A DNA stretch of 47,195 nt from a bacterium (GCA_036244995.1 BTTF01000003.1:1-47195); one strand, 5' to 3'; positions 1-10,494 are shown, counted from the stretch's first letter. Notes: generated by a model from the sequence alone, not told the origin. Translations and numbers: made by a program.

Positions 1-903
1 GATGACAGTGACAGGGAGTATTTTGTAGAAATACTTCAGCGTGCAAAGGAGAAGTATGGGATCGAAGTCTATGCATATTGCATAATGGGGAACCACTATC
101 ATTTACTCATATCAACGCCGGATGGAGAACTCACAAAGGCGATGCACTTTATCGGGTCGAGTTACGGAAGTTATCTGCGGAGATACCGTGGGTTGACAGG
201 CCATGTATTTGCCGGGAGATACAAGTCGTTGTGTGTGGAGAAGGAGAGCTATCTCCTGGAATTAAGCAGATACATTCACCTGAACCCGGTACGGGCAGGT
301 ATAGTGAAATCTCCTGAAAAATATGCGTGGAGCAGTTACAGATACTATATCGGAAAGAAGACGAGTCCTGATTGGCTGAGTATGGAATGGCTGACAGATA
401 AGTGCGGGAAAAGGCTGAAGACAAGACAGAGGAAATATGGAGAATATGTAGAGGCAGGGATAGAGAGTCAAGCGGAATATCCGGTAGAGAAGATAGTGGG
501 GCAGGCAATTCTTGGGAGCAAGGAGTTTGTCAAAAAAGTGCTGAAGGGATTGAAGAAGACCCGAAAGCTGAAAGATGTGACTGCAAAGAAGGCATTTGAT
601 GGGAAGATAGAGTTGGATGAACTGTATCAGGAAGTGTGTGAGTATTATGGAATAAAAGACTTGAGGAAGAGTGAAAAAGCGAGGGGCTCAGATGAGAGAC
701 GGGCTCAGGAAATGTTCGTGTATCTGGCAAAAAAGCATACGTCGGCATTAAATAGAGAAATAGCAGAGCGGGTGGGGGATATCAGTGCATCAGCAGTGAG
801 CCATCAATATAAAAGAACGGGCAGGAAGATGCAGGGGAATAAGAAGACGGCAAGGCAATGGAGAAAAGAGTTTAAAGAGCTTGCTTCACGATTCAAGGGC
901 TGA
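1..903 (+). mobile_element. Y1/HUH transposase (IS200-like TnpA, REP-associated RAYT type) with C-terminal DnaA-C-like HTH; 5'-truncated by window edge
   Basis: Frame 1 is open from base 1 (DDSDREYFVEIL...YAYCIMGNHYHLL). Shows HUH motif HYH, YIHLNPVRAG with the catalytic Tyr, WSSY, and a C-terminal 'REIAERVG..SASAVSH' HTH. Confidence 0.88.
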
Positions 904-958
904 CCCCCTCCCACTAAACAAGGGCTGACCTCCAAAATTCCCTGACCCCCAAAATTCC
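894..958 (+). repeat. Short repeats at transposase 3' end: CAAGGGCTGACC x2 and 17-bp tandem CTGACC(T/C)CCAAAATTCC x2
   Basis: CTGACC occurs at 900, 925 and 942; 925-941 and 942-958 differ at 1 base. The transposase TGA stop lies within the first CTGACCCC. Confidence 0.8.
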
Positions 959-1017
959 AGAAAAATATATGAGAATTTGTTATGCTAAAATAAACAAAAA
1001 AAGGAGGGCTGTATAGT

Positions 1018-1203
1018 ATGCCGAATGTAAAAGAATTACTAACAAAAATCATTCAAGAGCAGCCTGATGATGCATCATATGAAGAGATATTGCGTGAACT
1101 TGTTCTTGAGCGAATGATCGAGCAAGGGTTAGAAGACTCACGCATGGGAAGATTAGTCAGTAATGAAGAGATGGAGCAACGTATTCGTTCATGGCAGAAA
1201 TAA
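1018..1203 (+). CDS. Putative type II antitoxin (ParD-like)
   Basis: 61-aa acidic protein with 'IEQGLEDSRMGRLVSNEEM', GGAGG RBS, overlapping a ParE-like reading frame. Confidence 0.75.
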   Translation: MPNVKELLTKIIQEQPDDASYEEILRELVLERMIEQGLEDSRMGRLVSNEEMEQRIRSWQK

Positions 1204-1496
1204 GATGGACGCCGGAAGCTGAAAAATGGTTGAGAGATATTTATGACTATATTGCCCGAGACAATGTAAGCGCTGCATAAAGAGTTGTAACAGGGATTCA
1301 TAGAAAGGCACAAGTTCTCAAAAGTTTTCCGGAAATTGGGTGTAAGTATAGAACAGAGCCTGAAGGGGATATAAGAATTTTGCTATATGGACATTATCGT
1401 ATTGCATATCTCATCAGGAGTAGAGAGATGATTGATATTTTAGGAGTATTCCATGGTGCAATGAATATAGATAGATATTTAGGAATTCTGGCGTAA
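1191..1496 (+). pseudogene. ParE/RelE family toxin with an in-frame premature stop
   Basis: My translation: MAEIRWTPEAEKWLRDIYDYIARDNVSAA*RVVTGIHRKAQVLKSFPEIG...YRIAY...IDILGVFHGAM...; TAA at 1278-1280. Absent from the ORF track. Confidence 0.85.
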
Positions 1497-1634
1497 CAAC
1501 TTATCTGGGGGTAGAATCTTTACTGTTGATAAAATAAGTGACAAAATAAGGACGGAATCGAAGGATACATCTTTCAAATTGAATAATTCGTCTGAATACA
1601 CAAAGACGATAACTGTCCGGTTTTATCACAGCCT

Positions 1635-3323
1635 CTAATTGTATATGGTTACAATGGTTTTGTACTTCAACATTCCCGGTGTGGATGTTTTGAATATCCT
1701 GTAAACCCGCTTGTCTTTTATCCGCTGCATTACATGCTCCGGGAGTTTTGGGGCCGGGCTGTCCGCTATGACCACTACGGCGGTCTCTTCGGGCGGGGCT
1801 TTTCCTTTGGGTGCATAAAATGCAGGGTTCCTGTATTCCCATGTAAACCTGGTGGGTGAGTTCAATATCTCCTTTTCAGGAGGACGTTTTATGAGCGCTG
1901 AGTTTAGCCTGTAGTCGTAGAAAATCTCCTTGTCTGTATAGAGGTCAAGGATTGGCACTGCGATTGCCGGGTTTACGTCAGAGTCCTTCTGCGGCAGGGT
2001 GAATACCTCGATGGCCTTGATGTCAAGGGTGTTCAGGGCCTGTCCGGCATTTTTCAGGTTCATCGAGCTGTGCCTCTGCAGGAAGGGGAGGTAGAGGCTG
2101 TAAGCCAGAAGGAGTGAGGTCAGGACTGTGCAGAGGACTATGAACCTTCTGAGGCGGATATCCCTGATCTCCTTGAGACCGTAAGATGCCATAAGTGTGA
2201 GCATTGGAAATAGCGGTATGATGTAGCGGAGCAGTTTTATCTGAAATATAATGAGTATGATGGGCAGGTAACATATGATTGCGTATTTGCTGTCCCACTT
2301 CCTGATGGCAATCCATGCCGAGCATATGGCTGAAATGGTGATAAAGGGATGGGTCTGGAAGAGAAAGGCGGATGTGAAGGTCTCGGTCCATTCGTCCAGT
2401 ACCGTTACCTGATAACCCGTAAGAATTCCGAACTGCCCGGAAATGACGCTGTATTTCAGCGCTACTGCCAATGCAGTGAGCAGTGCTGTTATCAGGGCCA
2501 CGGCAGCCGCCCTCAGGACCATCTTCTTCGGGTTCCTCTTCTGGTAGACCACAAGTATGACTGCCAGGACGGAGAGCATCGGCCAGGTGGAATACTTTGA
2601 AAACATGGCAAGAAAGATCACAATGGATGAAAATATGATTCTCCGGGTGCCTCCCTGCTCCATGACCTTTATGAAGCTGAATATGGAGAGGGTAAGAAAA
2701 AACATTGTTGGGACATCTACCATCATGAGCGGCACCTGCGTGAAGAGGTAAGGGATGCCGAGGAGGAACAAGCCGCCGTAAAGACCTGTTTTTTCATCCC
2801 ACAGGGTTTTGCCGGTCAGATAAGTGAGCACCACTGTAAGGGAAAACAGAAGGGTCGTGAATATCTCAATATAAATAATCCTTTCGCCTGCAAACCTGAA
2901 GATCAGGCCGTAGATGAAGGGGAGTACGGGCGAGTCGGTCCAGGCCGTGATTTCCCGGCCCCATTCACTGAAAAAATACCTGATGCCGTACAGCTCCAGG
3001 TGCTTGGCCTGAATGAAATATCTTGAGGTATCAATATTAAACTGGGGCTCAACCCAGAAGACCGCTGCAGAGACAAACGAGACTGTAAAGAGGAATGTGA
3101 CGGGGTATCGTTCAAAATACCGGTTTTTGGAGAGTGCCCAGGCAAGTATGGTTATCAGGATAATGCCGGGGACGAGGATGAGCAGTATCCCGGCACTGCC
3201 GAGCCCCTCAAACAGCCAAGGCCACCTGAGGGTGAAGTTGGTGTCAGCGGAGCGGAGCAGATAGAGTGCAAGTGGTGTAAGGATGGTGAGGAGAGAGACT
3301 GTTATGGACTCTTTTTTGCTCAT
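1635..3323 (-). CDS. GT-C fold membrane glycosyltransferase (PMT_2/ArnT-like)
   Basis: 562 aa with many TM helices; periplasmic 'IDTSRY' loop, 'DSPVLP', 'MMVDVP', 'SKYS' and 'LRYIIPLFP' typical of the family. Confidence 0.7.
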   Translation of the reverse strand: MSKKESITVSLLTILTPLALYLLRSADTNFTLRWPWLFEGLGSAGILLILVPGIILITILAWALSKNRYFERYPVTFLFTVSFVSAAVFWVEPQFNIDTSRYFIQAKHLELYGIRYFFSEWGREITAWTDSPVLPFIYGLIFRFAGERIIYIEIFTTLLFSLTVVLTYLTGKTLWDEKTGLYGGLFLLGIPYLFTQVPLMMVDVPTMFFLTLSIFSFIKVMEQGGTRRIIFSSIVIFLAMFSKYSTWPMLSVLAVILVVYQKRNPKKMVLRAAAVALITALLTALAVALKYSVISGQFGILTGYQVTVLDEWTETFTSAFLFQTHPFITISAICSAWIAIRKWDSKYAIICYLPIILIIFQIKLLRYIIPLFPMLTLMASYGLKEIRDIRLRRFIVLCTVLTSLLLAYSLYLPFLQRHSSMNLKNAGQALNTLDIKAIEVFTLPQKDSDVNPAIAVPILDLYTDKEIFYDYRLNSALIKRPPEKEILNSPTRFTWEYRNPAFYAPKGKAPPEETAVVVIADSPAPKLPEHVMQRIKDKRVYRIFKTSTPGMLKYKTIVTIYN

Positions 3324-3353
3324 ATCGAGGTAGTGTTTATGTCAACTCACAAG

Positions 3354-3414
3354 TGCCATTCCGGCTTGTGCGGAATCAAAAAGGGGTATGATTCCCGACG
3401 TAGCGGGAATGACA
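3354..3414. repeat. REP/REPIN-like paired palindromes
   Basis: TGCCATTCCGGCTTGTGCGGAATC...GATTCCCGACGTAGCGGGAATGACA: two hairpins in inverted orientation with complementary outer ends. Confidence 0.65.
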
Positions 3415-3682
3415 ATTCAACCTCCCGGCATTACCGGCATTGACCTGACAGTGGTCTCTGTGCTCAGGAATAATACCCTGAAAAACAAGGAATAATCAAT
3501 TTTCCCATGGTTTTTCTGCCTCTATTCCGGGAAACCTCTCTGTGGCAGGCAAAAAGGCCTGCAAATAGTTTATACTATACAGTGGAAATTTGAATCTCCG
3601 CAGCAGTTTGCATCCTCTGAGTTTGCACTGCATAGTTCAAGTACTGGATGCTCTTGATCAATCTTTTTCAGGAGGGGTTTTT

Positions 3683-6088
3683 ATGTCTCGTGTACCTGTA
3701 AGTATAGAAGAGGAGATGAAGGTAAGCTATCTTGATTACGCCATGAGCGTAATCATAGGCAGGGCCTTGCCTGATGTGCGCGACGGGCTCAAGCCTGTGC
3801 AGCGCAGGATACTCTATGCAATGTTCCGGGAAGGGCTGCTTCCGGCAAAGAGGTATTCGAAGTGCGCCGGTGTGGTCGGAGAGGTGCTGAAGAAGTATCA
3901 TCCACACGGTGACAGCGCTGTCTACGATGCCCTTGTGAGGCTTGCCCAGGATTTCAACATGCGTAATCCCCTTATAGACGGGCAGGGTAACTTTGGCTCA
4001 ATTGATGGCGATCCCCCGGCTGCCTACCGTTACACTGAGGCAAGGCTTGCCAAGATTGCAGAGGAACTGCTGAGGGATATAGATAAGGAGACCGTTGATT
4101 TCATTCCGAATTTCGATGAAACAACCGTTGAGCCTGTAGTGCTTCCCACAAGGGTGCCGGGCCTGCTGATAAACGGCTCCTCAGGCATTGCCGTGGGTAT
4201 GGCCACCAATGTGCCGCCCCATAACCTCAGAGAGATAGTAGATGGTCTTGTGATGATCCTTGATAAGCCGGAATCCACGGTGCAGGACCTTATGACGCAT
4301 ATAAAAGGGCCTGACTTTCCAACAGGCGGAATGATTCACGGGCTTGACGGAATACTGTCTGCCTATACCCATGGCCGGGGCATTATAAGGGTGAGGGCCT
4401 GCGCAAGGATTGAGAGACCGCAGAAAGGGCCGGAGCAGATAATAGTGACGGAGATGCCATATCAGGTGAACAAGGCAAGGCTGATTGAAAAGATTGCCGA
4501 GCTTGTCAGGCACAAGAAGATAGAGGGTATCTCGGAGTTGAGGGATGAGTCGGACAGGGACGGTATAAGGGTTGTAATCGAGCTGAAGAGGGGCGAGATG
4601 CCCCAGGTTGTACTGAATAACCTTTATAAACAGACCCAGATGCAGAACACCTTCGGCATAATCATGCTCGCCCTTGTCGGCGGACAGCCCCGGATAATGA
4701 GCCTTAAAAGGATTCTTACCTACTTTATCCAGCACCGCAGGGAGGTAATCCTCCGCAGAACGCGCTTTGAACTGAGAAAGGCTGAGGAGAAGGCGCATAT
4801 CCTTGAGGGTCTGAAGATAGCCCTTGATTACCTGGATGAGATTATAAACCTGATAAGGGCCTCAAGGAATCCCCAGGAGGCCAAGACAGGGCTGATGACG
4901 AGGTATCCCCTCTCTGCCGTCCAGTCACAGGCTATCCTTGATATGAAACTCCAGAGACTGACCGGGCTGGAGAGGGACAAGATAATCAACGATTATGAGG
5001 AGACGATGAAGGAGATAGAGAGGCTGAAGTCGATACTCGCGAGTGAGACTCTGGTTAATGACATAATAAGGAACGAGCTCCTTGAGATGAAGGAGAAATA
5101 CGGTGACGACAGGCGGACCGAGATAATGGCCGCTACCAAAGAGATAACCATTGAAGACCTGATTACTGAAGAGGAGATGGTCATCACCATATCCCACAGG
5201 GGATATGTCAAGCGTAACCCCCTCAGTGAATACCGCAGCCAGAGAAGAGGCGGAAAAGGCCTCATCGGGATGGAGACGAGAGAGGAGGATTATGTTGAGC
5301 AGCTCTTTATCGGCTCAACACATGATTATATGCTCTTCTTCTCCAACCTCGGCAGGCTTTACTGGCTGAAGATTTATCAGATACCCGAGGCAGGCAGGGC
5401 CGCAAGGGGCAAGGCGATCGTAAACCTCCTGCAACTGCAGGAAGGCGAGAGGATCACGACGGCCATTCCCGTAAAAGATTTCAGGGAAGGCTATCTGGTG
5501 ATGTTTACAAAGAAGGGTACCGTCAAGAAGACACCCCTTCATGACTTCAGCAATCCAAGGGGGAGGGGAATTATCGCAATAGCCCTTGATGAAAAGGATG
5601 AGCTTATAGCCGTGAAGATGACATCAGGCATCAATGACCTCCTTATAGGCACGAGAGACGGGCTTGCAACAAGGTTCAAGGAGGAGGATGTAAGACCCAT
5701 GGGGAGGACTGCCAGGGGTGTCAGGGGCATAAGGCTTGGCCCTGATGATGAGGTGGTCTCTGCTGTGGTGGTGCAGGAGAGGACGGCGATACTTACGGTT
5801 ACAGAGCGGGGATATGGCAAGAGGACAAAGGTTGAGGAATATCCTGCTCATAAACGTGGTGGAAGGGGTGTTATATCCATAAAGGTTACCGACAGGATAG
5901 GCCGGGCCGTGGGGCTTCTGCAGGTGAGGGATGATGACGAGATAGTCATGATAACCAATGCCGGAAAACTGATAAGGACAAGGGCCGGAAATATCTCTCT
6001 CCTTGGCAGGAATACCCAGGGTGTAAAACTGATGGATGTTGACCCTGATGACAGGATTGTGAGCCTTGGAAGAGTTGCAGAAAAGTGA
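3683..6088 (+). CDS. gyrA: DNA gyrase subunit A
   Basis: [32 protein letters not shown] (catalytic Tyr), GyrA-box QRRGGKG and pinwheel repeats. Start moved to ATG 3683 after GGAGG. Confidence 0.97.
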   Translation: MSRVPVSIEEEMKVSYLDYAMSVIIGRALPDVRDGLKPVQRRILYAMFREGLLPAKRYSKCAGVVGEVLKKYHPHGDSAVYDALVRLAQDFNMRNPLIDGQGNFGSIDGDPPAAYRYTEARLAKIAEELLRDIDKETVDFIPNFDETTVEPVVLPTRVPGLLINGSSGIAVGMATNVPPHNLREIVDGLVMILDKPESTVQDLMTHIKGPDFPTGGMIHGLDGILSAYTHGRGIIRVRACARIERPQKGPEQIIVTEMPYQVNKARLIEKIAELVRHKKIEGISELRDESDRDGIRVVIELKRGEMPQVVLNNLYKQTQMQNTFGIIMLALVGGQPRIMSLKRILTYFIQHRREVILRRTRFELRKAEEKAHILEGLKIALDYLDEIINLIRASRNPQEAKTGLMTRYPLSAVQSQAILDMKLQRLTGLERDKIINDYEETMKEIERLKSILASETLVNDIIRNELLEMKEKYGDDRRTEIMAATKEITIEDLITEEEMVITISHRGYVKRNPLSEYRSQRRGGKGLIGMETREEDYVEQLFIGSTHDYMLFFSNLGRLYWLKIYQIPEAGRAARGKAIVNLLQLQEGERITTAIPVKDFREGYLVMFTKKGTVKKTPLHDFSNPRGRGIIAIALDEKDELIAVKMTSGINDLLIGTRDGLATRFKEEDVRPMGRTARGVRGIRLGPDDEVVSAVVVQERTAILTVTERGYGKRTKVEEYPAHKRGGRGVISIKVTDRIGRAVGLLQVRDDDEIVMITNAGKLIRTRAGNISLLGRNTQGVKLMDVDPDDRIVSLGRVAEK

Positions 6089-6225
6089 GAGGCTCTGTTC
6101 AGTTTGAAGGTAAATAATGCTTTTGTTGTTTAGATAAAACTTGAAGAGAGCTGATTTTTGTCGGAAGGTTTCTGTGATCTCGATCTTTTCTGCGGTAGAT
6201 TGAAGTGCTCCCATGGGTTTGGTGA

Positions 6226-7260
6226 ATGAGTTTGTTAAATGCCATAACAGGCCACGACAGGCCTAAAAATATACTCCTTGGCTCGATCGGGACGGCAAGG
6301 GTTGCAACTACCTATCTCTTTACCGGTGAGAGCGGGATAGGCAAGAGGCTCGCTGCAATTGAATTTGCCGGGGCGGTTAACTGTCTCAACCCCGTAAAGG
6401 TAATCCGCAACCCGCAACTCGCAACTCGTAACCCGCAATCCGCAACCCGCAATCCGCAACCCGAATATCTGGATGCCTGTGACAGTTGCAGCTCCTGCAG
6501 GAAATTCTCCTCTCTCCTCCATCCGGACCTTAAGGTCGTAGAGGCTGACAGTGGCCTTATAAAGATTGACACAATAAGGGAGGTACAGGAGTTTTTATCT
6601 TTTACACCCTATGAGGGCAGAAAAAAAGTGGTTATAATAGATGGTGCGGAGTGCATGAATCCGTCGGCATCCAATGCATTTCTGAAGACCCTGGAGGAGC
6701 CGCCGCCCGACAGTGTGATAATACTGATAACAATGGCCCCTGACAGGCTGCTGGATACCATCAGGTCAAGGTGTTTTGTGGTGAGGTTTTCGCCCCTGAG
6801 CATTAGTGCCTGCAGGGATGTTATCAGCAGGAAAGTCAGCGGTCTTGATGCAGAGACACTGGAGTCCCTGGCGGCATTTTCAATGGGACGCCCGGGTGTG
6901 GCTATTCAGGGAGAGGGGGCTATGGCGAGGGACACGATCAGCGGCATGGTGCATGATATTGTCGGGGGAGGATTGTCGTTTCAGTGGAAGGACAGGACTG
7001 ATATGGACCAGTGGTGCAATCTCTTCCTGATGGTGCTGAGGGATATGATAGTTATGAAGATAAACCCTGATAACCGGGGATTGCTTATAAACAGATGGCT
7101 TGAAAGCGAGATATCCGCAATCAGCAGGAGTATGGAGCTGGAAGAGATTCTGAAACTTTATTCCGAAGTCAGTCTCCTGATGGCTCACTTCAGGTTTAAC
7201 CTGAATACGTCAATAGTGTCGAATTATATAAAATCGATGTTTGTTAACCGGGTAACATAA
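6226..7260 (+). CDS. holB: DNA polymerase III delta' subunit
   Basis: YLFTGESGIGK, Zn cysteines C...CDSCSSC, HPD, NAFLKTLEEPP, TIRSRC. Confidence 0.93.
   Translation: MSLLNAITGHDRPKNILLGSIGTARVATTYLFTGESGIGKRLAAIEFAGAVNCLNPVKVIRNPQLATRNPQSATRNPQPEYLDACDSCSSCRKFSSLLHPDLKVVEADSGLIKIDTIREVQEFLSFTPYEGRKKVVIIDGAECMNPSASNAFLKTLEEPPPDSVIILITMAPDRLLDTIRSRCFVVRFSPLSISACRDVISRKVSGLDAETLESLAAFSMGRPGVAIQGEGAMARDTISGMVHDIVGGGLSFQWKDRTDMDQWCNLFLMVLRDMIVMKINPDNRGLLINRWLESEISAISRSMELEEILKLYSEVSLLMAHFRFNLNTSIVSNYIKSMFVNRVT
6403..6465 (+). repeat. Nine tandem heptamers (ATCCGCA/ACCCGCA/ACTCGCA variants), in frame inside holB
   Basis: atccgca acccgca actcgca actcgta acccgca atccgca acccgca atccgca acccgaa = 63 bp, 21 codons. 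Confidence 0.9.
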
Positions 7261-7341
7261 ATAATTCACTTGCAGTGCACGCCGGGAGCGCCGGGGTTTT
7301 CTGTGCATTGCGGTAATTTAATTCTGATTTGAGGGAGAGTT

Positions 7342-8538
7342 ATGAGTGTGTCAGTCAATGATAAAGACGAAAATGGAGTGAAGACCCACCCCGCTGTCGG
7401 GGTCAGGTTTAAACCGTGCGGCAAGATATACAGTTTTGACGCTGGTGAGCTTGAGCTGAAGAAGAGCGACAAGGTGGTTGTGGAGTCCATGTTCGGGCTT
7501 ACCATAGGGACGGTTGTGCAGGAAGTCTCTGAAAGTCCACAGGCTCAAAAGGGTGATTCCCGGGATGAGGCGGGGGAGAGGAAAGGCCCTGCGGCAAAGC
7601 CCCCCAAGGAGCTCAAGCCGGTAGTCAGAAAGGCAACTGAAGAGGACATCAGGGCCGCGGAGAGTAACAGTGAACTTGAGGTCGAGGCAAGGCGTCACTG
7701 CCTCGAAAGGATAGCTGCAAGGGGGCTTCCGATGAAGCTTGTAAGTACGGAGGCTACCCTTGACAGGAAGAGGGTGATCTTTTATTTTACCGCTGACGGC
7801 AGGATTGATTTCAGGGAGCTCGTCAAGGATCTTGCGTCCAGATTCAGAACGCGGATAGAGATGCGCCAGATTGGTGTAAGGGATGAGTCAAAGTTGATCG
7901 GCGGCATTGGTGTGTGCGGCAGGGAGTTTTGCTGCCGGGCGTTCCTTACAAGTTTTGCCCCTATCTCGATCCGCATGGCAAAGGAGCAGGAGCTGGTATT
8001 GAATGCCGCCAAGCTTTCCGGTGTATGCGGCAGGCTAATGTGCTGCCTCAGCTATGAGTATGATGAGTGGCAGGCAGAGGGGCTTGATGAGGTTGTTCCC
8101 GAGGACCCGATGAATGGGTGCCTTTGCGGAGATTGCAATTCAGAGAGTTCGGAGAGTCTTGTGTCGTCACTGACGCAGGGGGACGATGCCCCTGTTTCAG
8201 AGAAAAAGAGGGAAGAATCCAGGCCTGCAAGGGATAAATCATCATCTGCCGGCGGTGGTTTTAAGGAGAGAAAGCGGCCTGCCAGGCAAAGAAAGCCTAT
8301 GTCCAGTGAACGCGCGAGTGCAGGTAGTGACAAGTCTTCCGGTGCTGTGGCAAGACCTCCGGAGACCGCGGCAGGGGATAAGATATCCGCTGATACCTCT
8401 GATACCTCCGGCTCTGCAGAAAAGGGTGACCTTGAGGTAAAACAGACTGATGCCTCCCGGCAGGAGAATACGGGGACAGACAAGAAGAAGAGGCCTTACT
8501 TCAGGCACAAGAATAAAAAGAGGAGGAAGCACAGGTAG
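7342..8538 (+). CDS. ricT: PSP1-domain protein (RicT/YaaT family) with long low-complexity charged C-tail
   Basis: FYFTADGRIDFRELVKDLA, GVCGREFCC, LSGVCGRLMCCLSYE; position between holB and metG. Confidence 0.9.
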   Translation: MSVSVNDKDENGVKTHPAVGVRFKPCGKIYSFDAGELELKKSDKVVVESMFGLTIGTVVQEVSESPQAQKGDSRDEAGERKGPAAKPPKELKPVVRKATEEDIRAAESNSELEVEARRHCLERIAARGLPMKLVSTEATLDRKRVIFYFTADGRIDFRELVKDLASRFRTRIEMRQIGVRDESKLIGGIGVCGREFCCRAFLTSFAPISIRMAKEQELVLNAAKLSGVCGRLMCCLSYEYDEWQAEGLDEVVPEDPMNGCLCGDCNSESSESLVSSLTQGDDAPVSEKKREESRPARDKSSSAGGGFKERKRPARQRKPMSSERASAGSDKSSGAVARPPETAAGDKISADTSDTSGSAEKGDLEVKQTDASRQENTGTDKKKRPYFRHKNKKRRKHR

Positions 8539-8540
8539 AG

Positions 8541-10475
8541 ATGGATAAGAAATTTTACGTCACCACTCCCATATATTACGTTAACGATATCCCCCATATC
8601 GGGCATGCCTATACAACGGTTGCTGCTGATATCCTTGCAAGGTTTAACCGTCTGAGGGGAAACAGTGTCTTTTTTCTTACAGGTACGGACGAGCATGGAC
8701 AGAAGGTCCAGAAGGCGGCAGAGGAGAAGGGCCTTACACCGGGCGAACATGCCGATACCATGGTGAAGAATTTTGAAAACCTCTGGAAGAAGCTTGATAT
8801 ATCAAATGATGCATTCATAAGGACAACGGATGAAGGACACCGGAGTGTTGTCCGTGAGATGCTTGAAAAACTCAAACAGAAAGGCAGGATTGTAAAGAGG
8901 GCTTATAAGGGATGGTACTGTACGCCGGACGAGAGGTTCTGGACAGAGAAGGAACTGCTTGACGGTAATTGTCCGGAGTGCGGGAGGCCCGTAGAGGAGA
9001 TAGAGGAGGAGAATTATTTTTTCCTCATGTCTGAATACAGGGAAAGGCTCATCAGGCATATAGAGGACAATCCCGGATACATCCGGCCTGAGACGAGGAG
9101 GAATGAGGTCATGGGGTTTTTACACTCCAGGGACCTCGGAGACCTCTGCATATCGCGGCCCAAAAAGAGGCTTCCGTGGGGAATACCCCTTCCCTTTGAT
9201 GAGGATTACGTGACCTATGTCTGGTTTGACGCCCTTCTTAATTATTATTCTGCAACCCGTTATCTTGCACCGCCCCTGGGGACCGAATCCTGGTGGCCTG
9301 CTGATCATCACATTGTCGGCAAGGATATACTGACAACCCATGCAGTCTACTGGTCAACCATGCTGATGGCACTTGACATGCCTTTGCCCGGAAATATATT
9401 TGCCCACGGATGGTGGACTGTCAAGGGAAGAAAGATGTCCAAATCCGTCGGGAATGTGGTTGACCCAAACGAAATGATCGAAAAATACGGGGCGGATGCC
9501 TTCAGATACTTCCTCTTCAGGGAGGTTCCATTCGGCCTTGACGGTGATTTTTCCGAAGATGCACTTATTGGCCGCATCAACAGTGACCTTGCAAATGATT
9601 TGGGTAATATTTTGAGCCGTACCCTGACCATGATAGAAAAATACAGAGAGGGTATAATTCCCGAGGCAATTGACGGCAAGGACAGGGAAGGTATGGAAAA
9701 AAGGATCAAGGCGTGGTTTGATGCAGAATCAACAATCGGCATGTCAAACATTTTTGGTGGTTTTCTGGAAAAACTCGAGTTCCACCACGCACTTGCCCTG
9801 TTGTGGAAGGTTATGGGTGAGATAAACGAGTATATACAGCATGCAGCTCCCTGGAAAGAAAAGGATGAAGGAACTCTATCCAATACGCTTTATACCATTG
9901 CCGAGGCCCTCGGTATAATCGCCGTCTATCTCTTTCCGTTTATGCCTGCTACGGCAAAGAAGATGTGGGGACAGCTCGGTATTGACGGCAGGATAGGAGA
10001 AAGGAAAGAATTGCCGAAATGGGGAGACCTGCAGGTCAGCGGCAGGAGGGTGAGAAAGGGAGAGCATCTGTTTCCAAGGATTGAAAAGCGTAAGGAAGAC
10101 AGGAAAGAGGCTGTCCCTGACAAGAAAGCAAAAGAGGAAAAAAGAGAAGATACAGGCCTTATATCCATAAACGATTTTGCCAAAGTTGAGCTTAAGGTCG
10201 GAAAGATACTGGAGGCCGAGCGTGTCAAGGGCTCAAATAAACTCATAAAATTGCAGGTGGATACAGGAGAGCAACGGCAGATTGTTGCGGGAATCGGCAA
10301 GGTATACAGCCCGGAGCAGCTTGTGGGCAAAAAGATTGTCGTGGTTGCAAACCTGAAACCCGCAAAACTCATGGGTGTTGAATCCCGGGGTATGCTCCTG
10401 GCTGCCAATGACGGGGAGAAGCTTGTCCTTGTAACTCCTGAGGGAGATGTTGGGGTGGGGGCAGGTGTCAGGTAG
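8541..10475 (+). CDS. metG: Methionine--tRNA ligase with C-terminal tRNA-binding domain
   Basis: HIGH and KMSKS motifs, FYVTTPIYYVN, C-terminal OB domain (VVANLKPAKLMGVESRGM). Confidence 0.97.
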   Translation: MDKKFYVTTPIYYVNDIPHIGHAYTTVAADILARFNRLRGNSVFFLTGTDEHGQKVQKAAEEKGLTPGEHADTMVKNFENLWKKLDISNDAFIRTTDEGHRSVVREMLEKLKQKGRIVKRAYKGWYCTPDERFWTEKELLDGNCPECGRPVEEIEEENYFFLMSEYRERLIRHIEDNPGYIRPETRRNEVMGFLHSRDLGDLCISRPKKRLPWGIPLPFDEDYVTYVWFDALLNYYSATRYLAPPLGTESWWPADHHIVGKDILTTHAVYWSTMLMALDMPLPGNIFAHGWWTVKGRKMSKSVGNVVDPNEMIEKYGADAFRYFLFREVPFGLDGDFSEDALIGRINSDLANDLGNILSRTLTMIEKYREGIIPEAIDGKDREGMEKRIKAWFDAESTIGMSNIFGGFLEKLEFHHALALLWKVMGEINEYIQHAAPWKEKDEGTLSNTLYTIAEALGIIAVYLFPFMPATAKKMWGQLGIDGRIGERKELPKWGDLQVSGRRVRKGEHLFPRIEKRKEDRKEAVPDKKAKEEKREDTGLISINDFAKVELKVGKILEAERVKGSNKLIKLQVDTGEQRQIVAGIGKVYSPEQLVGKKIVVVANLKPAKLMGVESRGMLLAANDGEKLVLVTPEGDVGVGAGVR

Positions 10476-10494
10476 GGTTTTTTAAGGTGATGAA

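Noticed and set aside
3590-3682. N-terminal ORF-track extensions of gyrA (likewise the zinc-ribbon gene, acyP, hemA, Rieske and cytochrome c)
   Set aside because: Downstream ATGs fit family N-termini, RBS positions or stop/start overlaps better. The Rieske TTG start is the -35 box.
7271-7312. 10-bp GU-containing stem between holB and ricT
   Set aside because: Large loop, no U-tract and no second copy; function cannot be supported.
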